From: an uncultured Candidatus Neoarthromitus sp.
Lineage (GTDB): Bacteria > Bacillota > Clostridia > Clostridiales > Clostridiaceae
DNA length: 32,000 bases
NCBI GenBank assembly: GCA_937890765.1
Contig: CALADQ010000009.1
Coordinates: forward strand, 15,339-47,338
Direction of reading: 5' to 3'
This document shows positions 1 to 9,902 of the stretch, in pieces. The position numbers and the translations under genes were made by a program. Within the stretch, counting starts at the first letter, position 1. Every line of letters begins with the position of its first letter. Under the pieces are notes generated by a model. It was not told where the DNA came from and did no database searches. It saw only the letters and a list, made by a program, of their open reading frames with translations.

Positions 1-732
1 AAATTTATCTACAACGAGAAGTGCAACTATAAATGCAACCATAAATCCAACAATAAGTGCTATGGCATGATTAGATGTAAAGTTTATATAATCCATATCA
101 AAAAGTTCATAAACAGATGCTCCTAACATTGTTGGAATAGCTAAAAAAAATGAAAATTCTGCCGCAAGTTTAGTAGAACATCCGAAAATCCAGGCTCCTG
201 ATATAGTTGAAGAAGACCTACTCATTCCTGGCCAAAGAGATAAAACTTGAAAAAATCCTATTCCTATTGCTTGAGTCAAACTAACATCCTTAATATTATC
301 AGTTTTATGAGATATCCTTCCATTCGAAAAATATTTTTCGACAAACAAAAGTATTAATGCCCCCACAACTAATCCAATCGATACACTAAATGAATTAAAC
401 AATTTCGTTTTTATAAAATCATTTATAAGCACACCTATTATAGCTGAAGGTAAAAAGGCAATTAATATGTAAAACCACATTTTAAAACCATAATCTTTTA
501 AATTAATTATAGAATCTACAATTCTTTTTCTATACAAAATTACAATTGCAAGTATAGCACCTAGTTGTATGACAACTTCATACATATTTACAAAGCTTAC
601 ATTTGCTGTTTCTGAAAATCTTATTAAATCACTTACAATTATCATGTGTCCTGTTGATGAAACTGGTAAAAATTCTGTTATTCCCTCAATAATAGCAATA
701 ATTATCGATTTCAAAATTAGTAAAATTTCCAA
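1..732 (-). CDS. uppP: Undecaprenyl-diphosphate phosphatase (UppP/BacA family), 3' end outside window
   Basis: Minus-strand translation gives ...AIIEGITEFLPVSSTGHMIIVSDLIRFSETANVS..., the UppP signature. TTG start at about 732 preceded by AGGGGG. Absent from the supplied ORF track because it has no ATG-delimited full ORF in the window. Confidence 0.93.
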   Translation of the reverse strand, partial: MEILLILKSIIIAIIEGITEFLPVSSTGHMIIVSDLIRFSETANVSFVNMYEVVIQLGAILAIVILYRKRIVDSIINLKDYGFKMWFYILIAFLPSAIIGVLINDFIKTKLFNSFSVSIGLVVGALILLFVEKYFSNGRISHKTDNIKDVSLTQAIGIGFFQVLSLWPGMSRSSSTISGAWIFGCSTKLAAEFSFFLAIPTMLGASVYELFDMDYINFTSNHAIALIVGFMVAFIVALLVVDKF

Positions 733-856
733 ACTTTTTCCCCCTAACAAAACTCATTAAATTATTTTATACACAGTTATTATATTATCATTTCATTAAT
801 CATAATATTGTTAAATTAAAAAAAACTTTAAGTTTAAAAACTTAAAGTTTTAAAAT

Positions 857-2731
857 TTAATATAAATAATCTATAAAAGGTATCTCATCACTCTTTACTT
901 TTCCTTCTCCTTCATCGTATATAGATTCAAGTTTAAAGTAATTTTCTCTTATTATCAAAGCTTCGTAATCACTATAACTATCATTTAAATTTTCATATGC
1001 AGCTTTCATATTAGAAAAAGCTCTGGACACATCTTTTTCTATATTTGCATAATACGCTGCTGCATTATTTAAATTTAAAATATCTTTTGAATCGAGGGAA
1101 TAAGCTTTTCTTATATTTTCTATTCCTTCTTCAGTTTCATCCATTCTTATTAGCAAAACTCCAAGAGCTCTATAATAAATAGATTTTTCATTTAATTTTA
1201 TCGCCGAATAAAATTCTTCTTTTGCATCATTATCTTTTCGCTGATCCACATAAATTTTACCCAGTTTATATCTTAAATCAGATTCATATATAGAAAGTTT
1301 ACTTGAAGATTCTAGTATGTCTATTGCTTTCTCAATATCATTGAAATTTTCAGTATATTTAGTAACAAAACGATTATCTATATTTGTATTTATTAAATCT
1401 AATAATTTCATTTTCAAATAAAAATAATTTATATTTATGGATTTATTTTGATCCAATAACATGTTTAACAATATATAATAATTTTCGCCAAAATCACTAT
1501 TTAAAGCTATGCTTTGCTTAACGTAATTCATAGCATCATTATAATTATTTATGTCTAAACTATATTTTGCCAAAGCATAGTAAACATCAAAATTTTTATT
1601 TTGCAAACCATTAAGCTCGTTTGCAATTCTATTTGCTTCATCAAATCTCGAAGCTATTGTTAATATGTTTAGTTTAACTATCTTTGGTAATGTTTCGTTA
1701 GGATATTTTTTCATAACGTCAAAAATATCTTCAACATTTTCTTTTGTTCTCGATAAATCATTTTGATTTGCTCGAGCTCTTATTAGTTTTAAAATTTCAT
1801 TATTTGTCTTTTCTTCAATAAATTTGTTTAATATTTTATTGAACTCATTTATGTCATAAGCACTTAGCATATCTATAACGCCCAATGTGTAAATGTTGTT
1901 CACATCTTTCTCTAAAGCTTTTTCCAAAGCAATAACTGCATTGTCTAATCTTTTAAACAAAATGCTCAGTCTTGCGTAAGACAATATAGCTTCAACATTT
2001 TCCATCGATGACAAATCCATTAAAGAATAAACGTGACTTGCGTCATCATTTTTTCCAGACAATAACAAGTATTCTATATTTCTTTGAATAAATAACTCTT
2101 CCGTATTGTGAGAACTCATGTAATGATCTATTACTCTTTTCGCATCGTCCAAACTATTTATTAAAATAAAGCTATCAATCAATTTGTAAATATTTTTATT
2201 GTGTTCTTCGGTATTTTTAACGAGCGTAACTTGATCAAGTTTATTTTTTATTTTATTAAGCTCCTCTTTAGCTTGGTCAATGTTGTTTATGCTACTCAAC
2301 AATGTTACTAATTCAAAATGATTATCAAAAGAACTATTTAAACTAGATCTGTATCCTTCGATTAAAGTTTTAAAATCTCCTTGAACAATATAATCAATAG
2401 GATTATTAATAGAATTTATTAATTCTTTTTTATCATCTATCTTGTTGACGAACACATCTATATTTTTTTGTATTATTTCACTACCACCAACAGAATTGAA
2501 AGATAAAATAACCGCAACAAAAACTATAACGAAAGCAGAAAACTTTTTGTAAAAATCATTCGACCTAAACGCTTTAAAATTTTTTCTAATCTTCCTCTCC
2601 CTCAAATGATTTATTATTTCATAAGGGGACATGTTTTCAAAATTAAATGAATTTTTCTTCCTATGTACAATTTTATTTAATCTATTAAAGTGGACCTCTA
2701 TGTTGTCCTCATCATGTTCAAATTTTTTCAT
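857..2731 (-). CDS. Membrane-anchored TPR-repeat protein of unknown function
   Basis: Track ORF 857..2749; ATG at about 2731 (MKKFEHDEDN...) fits an RBS-like AGTGGGG better. One N-terminal hydrophobic helix (KKFSAFVIVFVAVILSFNSVG) followed by many TPR-like helices (e.g. YDLRYKLGKIYVDQRKDNDAKEEFYSAIKLNEKSIYYRALGVLLIRMDETEEGIENIRKAYSLD). Confidence 0.8.
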   Translation of the reverse strand: MKKFEHDEDNIEVHFNRLNKIVHRKKNSFNFENMSPYEIINHLRERKIRKNFKAFRSNDFYKKFSAFVIVFVAVILSFNSVGGSEIIQKNIDVFVNKIDDKKELINSINNPIDYIVQGDFKTLIEGYRSSLNSSFDNHFELVTLLSSINNIDQAKEELNKIKNKLDQVTLVKNTEEHNKNIYKLIDSFILINSLDDAKRVIDHYMSSHNTEELFIQRNIEYLLLSGKNDDASHVYSLMDLSSMENVEAILSYARLSILFKRLDNAVIALEKALEKDVNNIYTLGVIDMLSAYDINEFNKILNKFIEEKTNNEILKLIRARANQNDLSRTKENVEDIFDVMKKYPNETLPKIVKLNILTIASRFDEANRIANELNGLQNKNFDVYYALAKYSLDINNYNDAMNYVKQSIALNSDFGENYYILLNMLLDQNKSININYFYLKMKLLDLINTNIDNRFVTKYTENFNDIEKAIDILESSSKLSIYESDLRYKLGKIYVDQRKDNDAKEEFYSAIKLNEKSIYYRALGVLLIRMDETEEGIENIRKAYSLDSKDILNLNNAAAYYANIEKDVSRAFSNMKAAYENLNDSYSDYEALIIRENYFKLESIYDEGEGKVKSDEIPFIDYLY

Positions 2732-2813
2732 TATAAAAACCCCACTCAACTACATTTTTAATATTTAGTTTGAGAATACTACAAACAAATTATTTTCTAA
2801 GGTGGATATGTTT

Positions 2814-3719
2814 ATGAAATTTCTGATTAAATTATCAATAATATTTTTTGTTTTTACGGGTTACCATTTCACTAGTTATGATAACTATTTTTCAAAAATT
2901 ATATACAAGACCGCCTTTTCGCTACAAAAAACAAAAAACTATATCAGTTCTATTCTACTACAAAAAAATAATATTAACAACTCATCTTCCAAAAACGAAA
3001 TGTCCGAACTTATGAACGAATACTTTTTGACAATTTTTAATGCTGACTCAATTAATGAAAATTTTAAAAAAATTTTGGAGGCCTCAAACTTTTCAATTTT
3101 GGATTTGAAAAACTCAGAAATAAATTTTGATTTAAATCAAGAATTTAATTTTTTGAATGACAAAAATTTTCTCGTGGTAAATTCCAAAAACGAAAATTCA
3201 ATTTCTGAAATTAACGAAGAAGTTTATAGATTTTATCGATATAAAAATTTTTCAATCGCCTACTTAAAACCAATTTTAAAAAACGAAAAAGATTTACTAA
3301 AACTTTATACTTCAATTAAAGTTATTCAAAATAGTTCTTACATTCCAATTGTGATTATCGATAAAAATAATTTAAATGAAAATTTGCTCCCAAAAATCTC
3401 ACAAACAAATTGCGTTTTTATAATTTTAAACGATGAATTTTCGATTTCTAATTTCAAAAATATTCCCATAATCAATCTCGGAAATTTAAATGATTTTAAC
3501 ATTTCAATTCAAATCAATTTGTTTATCTCAAAAAATAATTTAAACAAATTAAGATTAAAAGTTTTCCCAACAAATAAATTCAACAAATCAATTCCTTCAA
3601 AAGATGAGTTAGAAAATATTTTAAAATCAATGAATAATAATTCTAAATTTAAACCACAATTTAGTGAAAATATTGATTATATTTATTTTGATTGTGATAT
3701 ACTCAAAAATAGTTATTAA
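2814..3719 (+). CDS. Uncharacterised protein with N-terminal hydrophobic helix, directly upstream of murT-gatD
   Basis: Track ORF 2802..3719. Likely ATG at about 2814 after AAGGTGG. N-terminus MKFLIKLSIIFFVFTGYHFTS is signal/anchor-like. No family recognised. Confidence 0.7.
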   Translation: MKFLIKLSIIFFVFTGYHFTSYDNYFSKIIYKTAFSLQKTKNYISSILLQKNNINNSSSKNEMSELMNEYFLTIFNADSINENFKKILEASNFSILDLKNSEINFDLNQEFNFLNDKNFLVVNSKNENSISEINEEVYRFYRYKNFSIAYLKPILKNEKDLLKLYTSIKVIQNSSYIPIVIIDKNNLNENLLPKISQTNCVFIILNDEFSISNFKNIPIINLGNLNDFNISIQINLFISKNNLNKLRLKVFPTNKFNKSIPSKDELENILKSMNNNSKFKPQFSENIDYIYFDCDILKNSY

Positions 3720-3739
3720 ATTTTTGAGGTTATAATAAT

Positions 3740-5077
3740 ATGAAAAAATTATTGTCGATTATCATAACAAAGTTTATTATTTTTGTTTTAAACATTCGAA
3801 AAAAAGGAAGCTCTTTCCCTGGAAAGATTGCGTTAAAAATATATCCTGAAATCTTAAAAATTGTTTCTAAAGATGTGGAAACAATTTTTATAACAGGAAC
3901 AAATGGAAAAACAACAACAACCTCTCTCACAAATCACATATTTAAAAATGCTTTCATTGATTGTTTCACAAATTCCACTGGTGCAAACATGCTAAATGGA
4001 ATAGTTACAACGTACATAAAAAACTATAATTTGTTCAACAGAAAAATTAAAAAGACCGCAATCATAGAAGTTGATGAAGCCAGTCTCAAACACGTTTGTA
4101 AATATGTACAACCTAAAATAATCGCTGTAACAAATATTTTTAGAGACCAGCTCGACAGATATGGCGAAGTTTATACAACTCTTGAGCATATTAAAGACGG
4201 AATAAAATTATGTAGTAATGCGAAGCTCATTTTAAATGGAGATGAGCCTCTTCTTTGCTCGCTTGAAAAAATTTATAACAACAAATTTTATTTTGGATTT
4301 GACAATTTTGAGAACAACAACAAAAAAAGTTTAAATGTTGAGGCCACAAATTGTAAATTTTGCGGTGAACCATATGAATATAATTTTGTAACTTACAATC
4401 ATCTTGGAGATTTCAAATGTTCAAAATGTAATTTTAAAAGAGAAGATTTATATTTTTCAGTTTCTTCAATTCTAGAAAACAAATTAAACAAAAGCACTGT
4501 TAAAATTAAAAATAATATTGTAACTTTCAATTTAGGTGGAGTGTACAACATATACAATGTTCTTTGTGCTTACTCAATAAGTTTTATAAGCAATATTCCT
4601 GACTACATAATAAGCGATTCTATAAAATCATTTTCGAAAGTTTTTGGAAGGCAAGAAAATTTTAAAATAAAATCAAACTCCATAACTTTATTTTTAGTTA
4701 AAAATCCTGCTGGATTCAATGAAACTCTAAACACAATAAGTTTAAATAAAGATGAAGAAATTTCTTTGGGATTTTTGCTAAATGACAACTATGCCGATGG
4801 GCAAGATGTTTCATGGATATACGATGTTGATATCGAAATGATTAAAAATTTTAATACATCTTCTTTATTCACTGGAGGAATTAGAACTTACGATATGGCT
4901 TTAAGACTTTCTCTAGCTGAGCTCGAAAACATAAATGTATTTAAAAAATACGAAGAAATTTTAAGCTATTTGGAAAATCAAGAAAACAAAAATATTTATA
5001 TTTTATGTAGCTACACTTGTATGCTTGAGTTTAGAAAATTTCTTCACAGCAAAAATTATATAAACGTTATTTGGTAA
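3740..5077 (+). CDS. murT: Mur ligase family protein, lipid II isoglutaminyl synthase subunit MurT
   Basis: FITGTNGKTTTTSLTNHIF P-loop, FRDQLDRYGE, Mur ligase core, and internal Cys4 zinc ribbon CKFCGEPYEYNFVTYNHLGDFKCSKC characteristic of MurT. Followed by a GatD gene. Confidence 0.94.
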   Translation: MKKLLSIIITKFIIFVLNIRKKGSSFPGKIALKIYPEILKIVSKDVETIFITGTNGKTTTTSLTNHIFKNAFIDCFTNSTGANMLNGIVTTYIKNYNLFNRKIKKTAIIEVDEASLKHVCKYVQPKIIAVTNIFRDQLDRYGEVYTTLEHIKDGIKLCSNAKLILNGDEPLLCSLEKIYNNKFYFGFDNFENNNKKSLNVEATNCKFCGEPYEYNFVTYNHLGDFKCSKCNFKREDLYFSVSSILENKLNKSTVKIKNNIVTFNLGGVYNIYNVLCAYSISFISNIPDYIISDSIKSFSKVFGRQENFKIKSNSITLFLVKNPAGFNETLNTISLNKDEEISLGFLLNDNYADGQDVSWIYDVDIEMIKNFNTSSLFTGGIRTYDMALRLSLAELENINVFKKYEEILSYLENQENKNIYILCSYTCMLEFRKFLHSKNYINVIW

Positions 5078-5091
5078 AGGAGGAATTTTTT

Positions 5092-5814
5092 TTGGAACTT
5101 ACGATTCACCATTTTTATCCTGATATGTTAAACACTTATGGAGATGTTGGAAACATTTTATCGTTGAAATCTCGCGGAAAAAAACGTGGAATATCAATTA
5201 ATGTAAACAATGTTAAAATTAATGATTCCATTAAACTAAAGACTGGTGATATAATTTTCATTGGTGGGGGACAAGATTTTGAACAATCTTTAATTGCAAA
5301 AGATCTCTTAAATAGGAAAAATATTTTGCTAGAATTCATTGAAAATGATGGAGTAGCTCTCTGCATTTGTGGAGGATATCAGCTTATGGGAAAAAGTTAT
5401 ACAACAGTAAGCGGTGAAATTTTAGAAGGCTTGAACATATTAGATATTTACACAGAATCAAGTGAAATTAGAAAAATTGGAAATATCGTTGTAAAAAATC
5501 ATGAACTTAATGAAGTTTACGTTGGTTTTGAAAATCACTCAGGAAAAACTTACATAAACAACCACACTCCTTTAGGAACGTGCATAATTGGAAATGGAAA
5601 TAACGGCGAAGACAAAACGGAAGGAGTTATTTATAAAAATTTAATTGGTACGTACATACATGGCCCACTTTTACCTAAAAATCCTGAAATAACAGATAGA
5701 CTTTTGTTAAATTCATTAAAGCAAAAACACAATGAACTTAATTCTTTAGACGAAATAAATTCTGAGCTTGAATTGAATTGCAAAAATGAAATTATAAAAC
5801 GACTCATTAATTAA
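5092..5814 (+). CDS. gatD: Lipid II isoglutaminyl synthase glutamine amidotransferase subunit GatD
   Basis: Track ORF starts 5071. GGAGG at 5079-5083 supports TTG at about 5092. LTIHHFYPDMLNTYGDVGN, GGGQDFEQ, catalytic-Cys motif LCICGGYQLMGKSY, and TYIHGPLLPKNPEITDRLL. Confidence 0.93.
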   Translation: MELTIHHFYPDMLNTYGDVGNILSLKSRGKKRGISINVNNVKINDSIKLKTGDIIFIGGGQDFEQSLIAKDLLNRKNILLEFIENDGVALCICGGYQLMGKSYTTVSGEILEGLNILDIYTESSEIRKIGNIVVKNHELNEVYVGFENHSGKTYINNHTPLGTCIIGNGNNGEDKTEGVIYKNLIGTYIHGPLLPKNPEITDRLLLNSLKQKHNELNSLDEINSELELNCKNEIIKRLIN

Positions 5815-5858
5815 TATAACAATAAAGGACTATTTTAAATTAACTTGGAGTAATTTTT

Positions 5859-7115
5859 ATGATTATAATTAAAAAGAATATTAACTTATTTATAGTAACT
5901 ATTTTTATATTTACGTTTCTAATTTATAGCGTAGCATTTTCATATACGCCGTACAACTATTCAATAACTTTAGAAGAAGGAATAAAATTTGTTCATAAAA
6001 CTTTAGTCAACTATGATTCAAACGGTGGAAATCAAGAAATAAATTATATTGAAGCTGATTTAACAAATCCAAATATATATGTTTCATTGTCCAAAGCAAA
6101 TAATATTTCATCTTCTAAAGAAAACTTATTAAACCAACTTAATCAACAAAAGTACAACAAAAACAAAAATGTTTTAGGTGGAGTAAATGGGGAATTTTTT
6201 AATGTGTCAAATGGACAACCTCTGTTCACTACAATTTCTGATGGTGAAATTTTTTCTATAATGGATAATGAATTTGATTCATCAAATAGACCAATTTTTT
6301 ATATGGACAAGCACAGAAATTATTCATTTGATTTTTTTAACGTTGTTGGCAACTTAAGATTTACAAATAATAAATTTAAAGATTTGAAAATAAATTCTTT
6401 GAACAGATTAAATTCACACGATGACGTTAATGTTTCAACTTATAAAATTAATGATGAATCAACTTACTACCCTCATGAAGGTTTACCTTCAAGATATATG
6501 CTTATACAACTCATGAACAGCGATGGGTCAATTTATCCTGGTGTCGAAATTTATGGTGAAGTAATTGATGTTGGTGAAATGACTTCTCCAAAAAAAATAG
6601 AGAAAAATCAAATTTTAGTTACATCATATGGAGATGAAAATTATTACAATATCAGTTATGATTCATTTAAATCTGTCGTTTCCATAAAATTTGATATATA
6701 TTCATCAAACGATGGACGAATAAGAAATGATATTAAAGATGCCTTCACTGGATATGAATATTTAATAAAAAATGGTGAAGAGATGGATTACGATTACTAT
6801 AAAAATTTATCTGAACCATCTTTAATCAATACACGAAATGCTCGAACAGCATTAGGCCTTACACCTGAAAACAAATTAATTTTGTTTACTGTTGACAAAT
6901 CAAAAAACAGTTTGGGAATGAGCTTAAAAGAACTTTCCAACTACCTAAAATCAATGGGGATTTCTAATGCCATAAATTTAGATGGAGGAGGTTCAACTTC
7001 AATTTCATTTGAAAATAATGAAGGCAAACTTTTCCTAATGAACGACCCTGAAAAATATCAACGCAAAATCACAAACGCAATTAGCATAATACACAATTCA
7101 AAAAACAAGGCATAG
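5859..7115 (+). CDS. Exported phosphodiester glycosidase (NAGPA-domain) family protein
   Basis: N-terminal hydrophobic segment; GGVNGEFFN; NARTALGLTPENKLILFTVD; NAINLDGGGSTSISF. These are hallmarks of the NAGPA / phosphodiester glycosidase domain. Confidence 0.85.
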   Translation: MIIIKKNINLFIVTIFIFTFLIYSVAFSYTPYNYSITLEEGIKFVHKTLVNYDSNGGNQEINYIEADLTNPNIYVSLSKANNISSSKENLLNQLNQQKYNKNKNVLGGVNGEFFNVSNGQPLFTTISDGEIFSIMDNEFDSSNRPIFYMDKHRNYSFDFFNVVGNLRFTNNKFKDLKINSLNRLNSHDDVNVSTYKINDESTYYPHEGLPSRYMLIQLMNSDGSIYPGVEIYGEVIDVGEMTSPKKIEKNQILVTSYGDENYYNISYDSFKSVVSIKFDIYSSNDGRIRNDIKDAFTGYEYLIKNGEEMDYDYYKNLSEPSLINTRNARTALGLTPENKLILFTVDKSKNSLGMSLKELSNYLKSMGISNAINLDGGGSTSISFENNEGKLFLMNDPEKYQRKITNAISIIHNSKNKA

Positions 7116-7136
7116 AAATTTTTATCTATGCCCTTT
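7107..7136. terminator. Intrinsic terminator between convergent genes
   Basis: GGCATAG-(10 nt)-CTATGCC stem followed by CTTTT on the + strand. Confidence 0.6.
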
Positions 7137-7157
7137 TATCAATATAAATTTTTTATT

Positions 7158-7754
7158 TTACAAACTTTCCACAGCATGTCTAGCTTCACTTTCTGTGAAC
7201 TTTTCATCATAAACTAATTTGTCATAAACATGATTTTTCGATACACCCAAAACATCAACATATCTTTTTGCAGCTTTTACAGCACTTTCTTTCCAATCAA
7301 AATCTAAATTTTCAATTGCATATTGAGCTTCCTCATCAGTAAAACCATCAAATTCAGAAGTCAATTGATCATAAATACTTTTCTTGGATATGCCTGAATC
7401 ACCCATACTTTTAACATATCTTCTAGCTGTATCCAAAGCAAATGATTTCCAATCAGCCTCTAAACTTTCAAATGCTTTTCTTGCTTCTTCTTCTGAAAAT
7501 TTATTAACACTAGAAACTAATTGATTATATATTGAAGCTTTTGATATTGCCATGGTATCTGCATACATTTTTGCAACTTTGAAAACGTCAGTTTCTCTAA
7601 CTATAGTATCAACTGATTGAGATAATTCAGTCGCCTCTTGAGATGCTGCATTTGCACTTTTACCTGTCATACTACAACCATAAAAGCTTAAAGGAATCAT
7701 AGCCAATGAAACAACAAACAATAATTTTTTATAAAATTTAATTTTTGTTAACAT
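7158..7754 (-). CDS. Ltp-type (host cell surface-exposed / superinfection-exclusion-like) lipoprotein
   Basis: Lipobox-like LSFYGC after a hydrophobic signal; three related helical repeats (AKMYADTMAISKASIYNQLVS..NKFSEEEARKAFESL / ARRYVKSMGDSGISKKSIYDQLTSEFDGFTDEEAQYAIENL / AKRYVDVLGVSKNHVYDKLVYDEKFTESEARHAVESL). GGAGG RBS supports ATG at about 7754. Confidence 0.82.
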   Translation of the reverse strand: MLTKIKFYKKLLFVVSLAMIPLSFYGCSMTGKSANAASQEATELSQSVDTIVRETDVFKVAKMYADTMAISKASIYNQLVSSVNKFSEEEARKAFESLEADWKSFALDTARRYVKSMGDSGISKKSIYDQLTSEFDGFTDEEAQYAIENLDFDWKESAVKAAKRYVDVLGVSKNHVYDKLVYDEKFTESEARHAVESL

Positions 7755-7844
7755 CTTCACAACCTCCATATAATTATTAATTTCTTTAGTAGTGATATTC
7801 TATCTATTATTGAATATAAAATCAACCGTTTTATTAATAAATTG

Positions 7845-7888
7845 CAAAAAAACAAAAAGCTACTTAAGAGGATTGTCCCCCTCAAGTA
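7845..7888 (-). terminator. Intrinsic terminator after glycosyltransferase gene cluster
   Basis: Minus strand TACTTGAGGGGGACAATCCTCTTAAGTAGCTTTTTGTTTTTT: long GC-richer stem plus U-tract. Confidence 0.75.
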
Positions 7889-7889
7889 A

Positions 7890-8864
7890 CTACACTATCC
7901 AAAATAAATTTTTAAGATGATGATATCCAAAATTTTTAAGAAACTCTCTCGCACTCTCAAAAAATACTGTCCCAATGAAAAAAGTAGTTTCTTCAGAATC
8001 AAAATTATAAATTTCTCGAATCATAAATTCTTCAATCATATTTTCATCTACATAAATTATATTTTCATGTTCGTTCAAAATATTTTTTACCAATTCAATT
8101 TTATCACTAGATTGTATTACAATTACATGTTTACTTTTTTCAATATACGTTTTAAACAAATATTTAAATAACAATTCAAGATGAAGAAATGCTATTTTTA
8201 TTCCCGTTCCATCGACAATTGAAGAATTGTTTCCATGAACTCTATAATAATAAAGTTCCTCTTCAATAACTCCTATTCTATGTCCCTTTGTATGAAATTC
8301 TAAAAATATAAGCCTATCTTCAACGCATCCATACCTATGTTGAAATGGATTTATTGTTTTGAATAAATAACTTTTTCCAAAAATCGCACCACCATTTGGA
8401 TATCTACCAAAATAAGCTCTATTAAATTGGTCCATATAATTTTTAATTGGTATGTTTAATGTTTCCATGAGTTTCATATATTCTCTATCACCATCGCCAA
8501 AACCTTTTAAATAACAACCAATTAAATCATAATTATTATTTTTAAGATACTCAAGTTGCTTTTCGTATCTGTCCAAACGATTTATATCATCTCCGTCATG
8601 CCTCGCAATATATTTCCCATTTGCAACAGCAACACCTAATCTCATGGCCATACATATTCCACCATTTTTTCTCGTGAGAACTTTAACTCTCTTGTCCATT
8701 TTTTCGTATTGCTTAAGTATGGACAAACTTCTATCAGTTGAACCATCATCAACTAATATAATTTCTAAATTTTCATATGTTTGATTAATAACGCTGTCCA
8801 AACTATCTACTAAATATTTTTCTACATTGTAAACAGGTACAATGACGCTTATTAAATCTTCCAT
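7890..8864 (-). CDS. GT2 family glycosyltransferase
   Basis: MEDLISVIVPVYNVEKYLVDSLDSVINQTYENLEIILVDDGSTDRS...ANGKYIARHDGDD. AGGTGG RBS supports ATG at about 8864. Confidence 0.9.
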   Translation of the reverse strand: MEDLISVIVPVYNVEKYLVDSLDSVINQTYENLEIILVDDGSTDRSLSILKQYEKMDKRVKVLTRKNGGICMAMRLGVAVANGKYIARHDGDDINRLDRYEKQLEYLKNNNYDLIGCYLKGFGDGDREYMKLMETLNIPIKNYMDQFNRAYFGRYPNGGAIFGKSYLFKTINPFQHRYGCVEDRLIFLEFHTKGHRIGVIEEELYYYRVHGNNSSIVDGTGIKIAFLHLELLFKYLFKTYIEKSKHVIVIQSSDKIELVKNILNEHENIIYVDENMIEEFMIREIYNFDSEETTFFIGTVFFESAREFLKNFGYHHLKNLFWIV

Positions 8865-8889
8865 AGAATTCACCACCTAAAATTTTTAT

Positions 8890-9885
8890 TTACCAATTAC
8901 AATCGACTAGACTAAACAAATTTTTAAAAACCACAAAATCCCTTTCAAAAAGATATTTAACTAAACTATCACAAAATGAAGCTCCAACAAGAAAAAGCGT
9001 ATTATTACAATTAAAATCATAATTGAAAATTTCGTTAAAATTATTTTCATCAAAATAAAATACATTTTTAAGCTCTTTGTAAAATTTTGAAAAACAATTT
9101 TTTATAAATCCAATCTCTCTAAAATTTTTCACAATCACAACATTTTCATATTTCAAAATTTTATCTCTAAACAAAAATCTAAACATAACTTCCACATATT
9201 TTTCAACAACAACTTTTCTATTTTTATCTAATGAAGTATTATCATTGTGAACTCTGTAATAATAGAGTTTTTCTTCAAGAATTCCAATTTTACAACCATT
9301 TTGATGAAGCAAAATATATAGATAAACATCTTCAACTAATCCATAATCTTTATGAAATGGCGAAAATTTTTTAAGAACATCACTTTTCCCGAAAAAATAT
9401 CCACCTCCAATATTACTACCTTGATAGATTCGCCTATTTTGATCATCAAAATTTTTTATAGGCCTATTAACAAATTTCTCCATGCCTCTTTTTGATATCT
9501 CACTTCCATTACCAAAACTTTTCAAATAACACCCAACAACATCATAATCATTTTCAATAAGAAATCTTAATTGTTTCTCGCATCTATCAAGCGAATTAAT
9601 ATCATCTGAATCAACTCTAAATATATATTTTCCATTTGATATACTCAAAGCATTTTTAACAGCCAACGAAATTCCCAAATTATTTTGAGTCATTACGATT
9701 ATCCGCTTGTCCAATCTTTCATAATGCTTCAAAATTGAAAGAGAATTATCTGTTGAACCATCATCGATAAAAATTATTTCTAAATTTTTATAAGTCTGAT
9801 TAATAATACTATCAATACATTCATGCAAATATTTTTCCCTATTATAAACAGGGACAATAGCACTTACTAAATCTTCTATAATCAT
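8890..9885 (-). CDS. GT2 family glycosyltransferase (tandem paralogue)
   Basis: MIIEDLVSAIVPVYNREKYLHECIDSIINQTYKNLEIIFIDDGSTDNS...GKYIFRVDSDD. RBS GGGGTGG supports ATG at about 9885. Confidence 0.9.
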   Translation of the reverse strand: MIIEDLVSAIVPVYNREKYLHECIDSIINQTYKNLEIIFIDDGSTDNSLSILKHYERLDKRIIVMTQNNLGISLAVKNALSISNGKYIFRVDSDDINSLDRCEKQLRFLIENDYDVVGCYLKSFGNGSEISKRGMEKFVNRPIKNFDDQNRRIYQGSNIGGGYFFGKSDVLKKFSPFHKDYGLVEDVYLYILLHQNGCKIGILEEKLYYYRVHNDNTSLDKNRKVVVEKYVEVMFRFLFRDKILKYENVVIVKNFREIGFIKNCFSKFYKELKNVFYFDENNFNEIFNYDFNCNNTLFLVGASFCDSLVKYLFERDFVVFKNLFSLVDCNW

Positions 9886-9902
9886 CACCACCCCAAATTT
9901 TT

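Noticed and set aside
569-760. Plus-strand 63-aa track ORF
   Set aside because: Antisense to the 5' part of uppP, whose conserved motifs are on the minus strand.
3730-5366. Minus-strand track ORFs 3730..3930, 3992..4189, 4603..4788 and 5136..5366
   Set aside because: All antisense to murT/gatD, which have clear family motifs; no RBS or family signal for the shadows.
7917-8171. Plus-strand 84-aa track ORF inside the GT2 gene
   Set aside because: Low-complexity Phe/Asn/Ile-rich shadow of a well-supported minus-strand glycosyltransferase.
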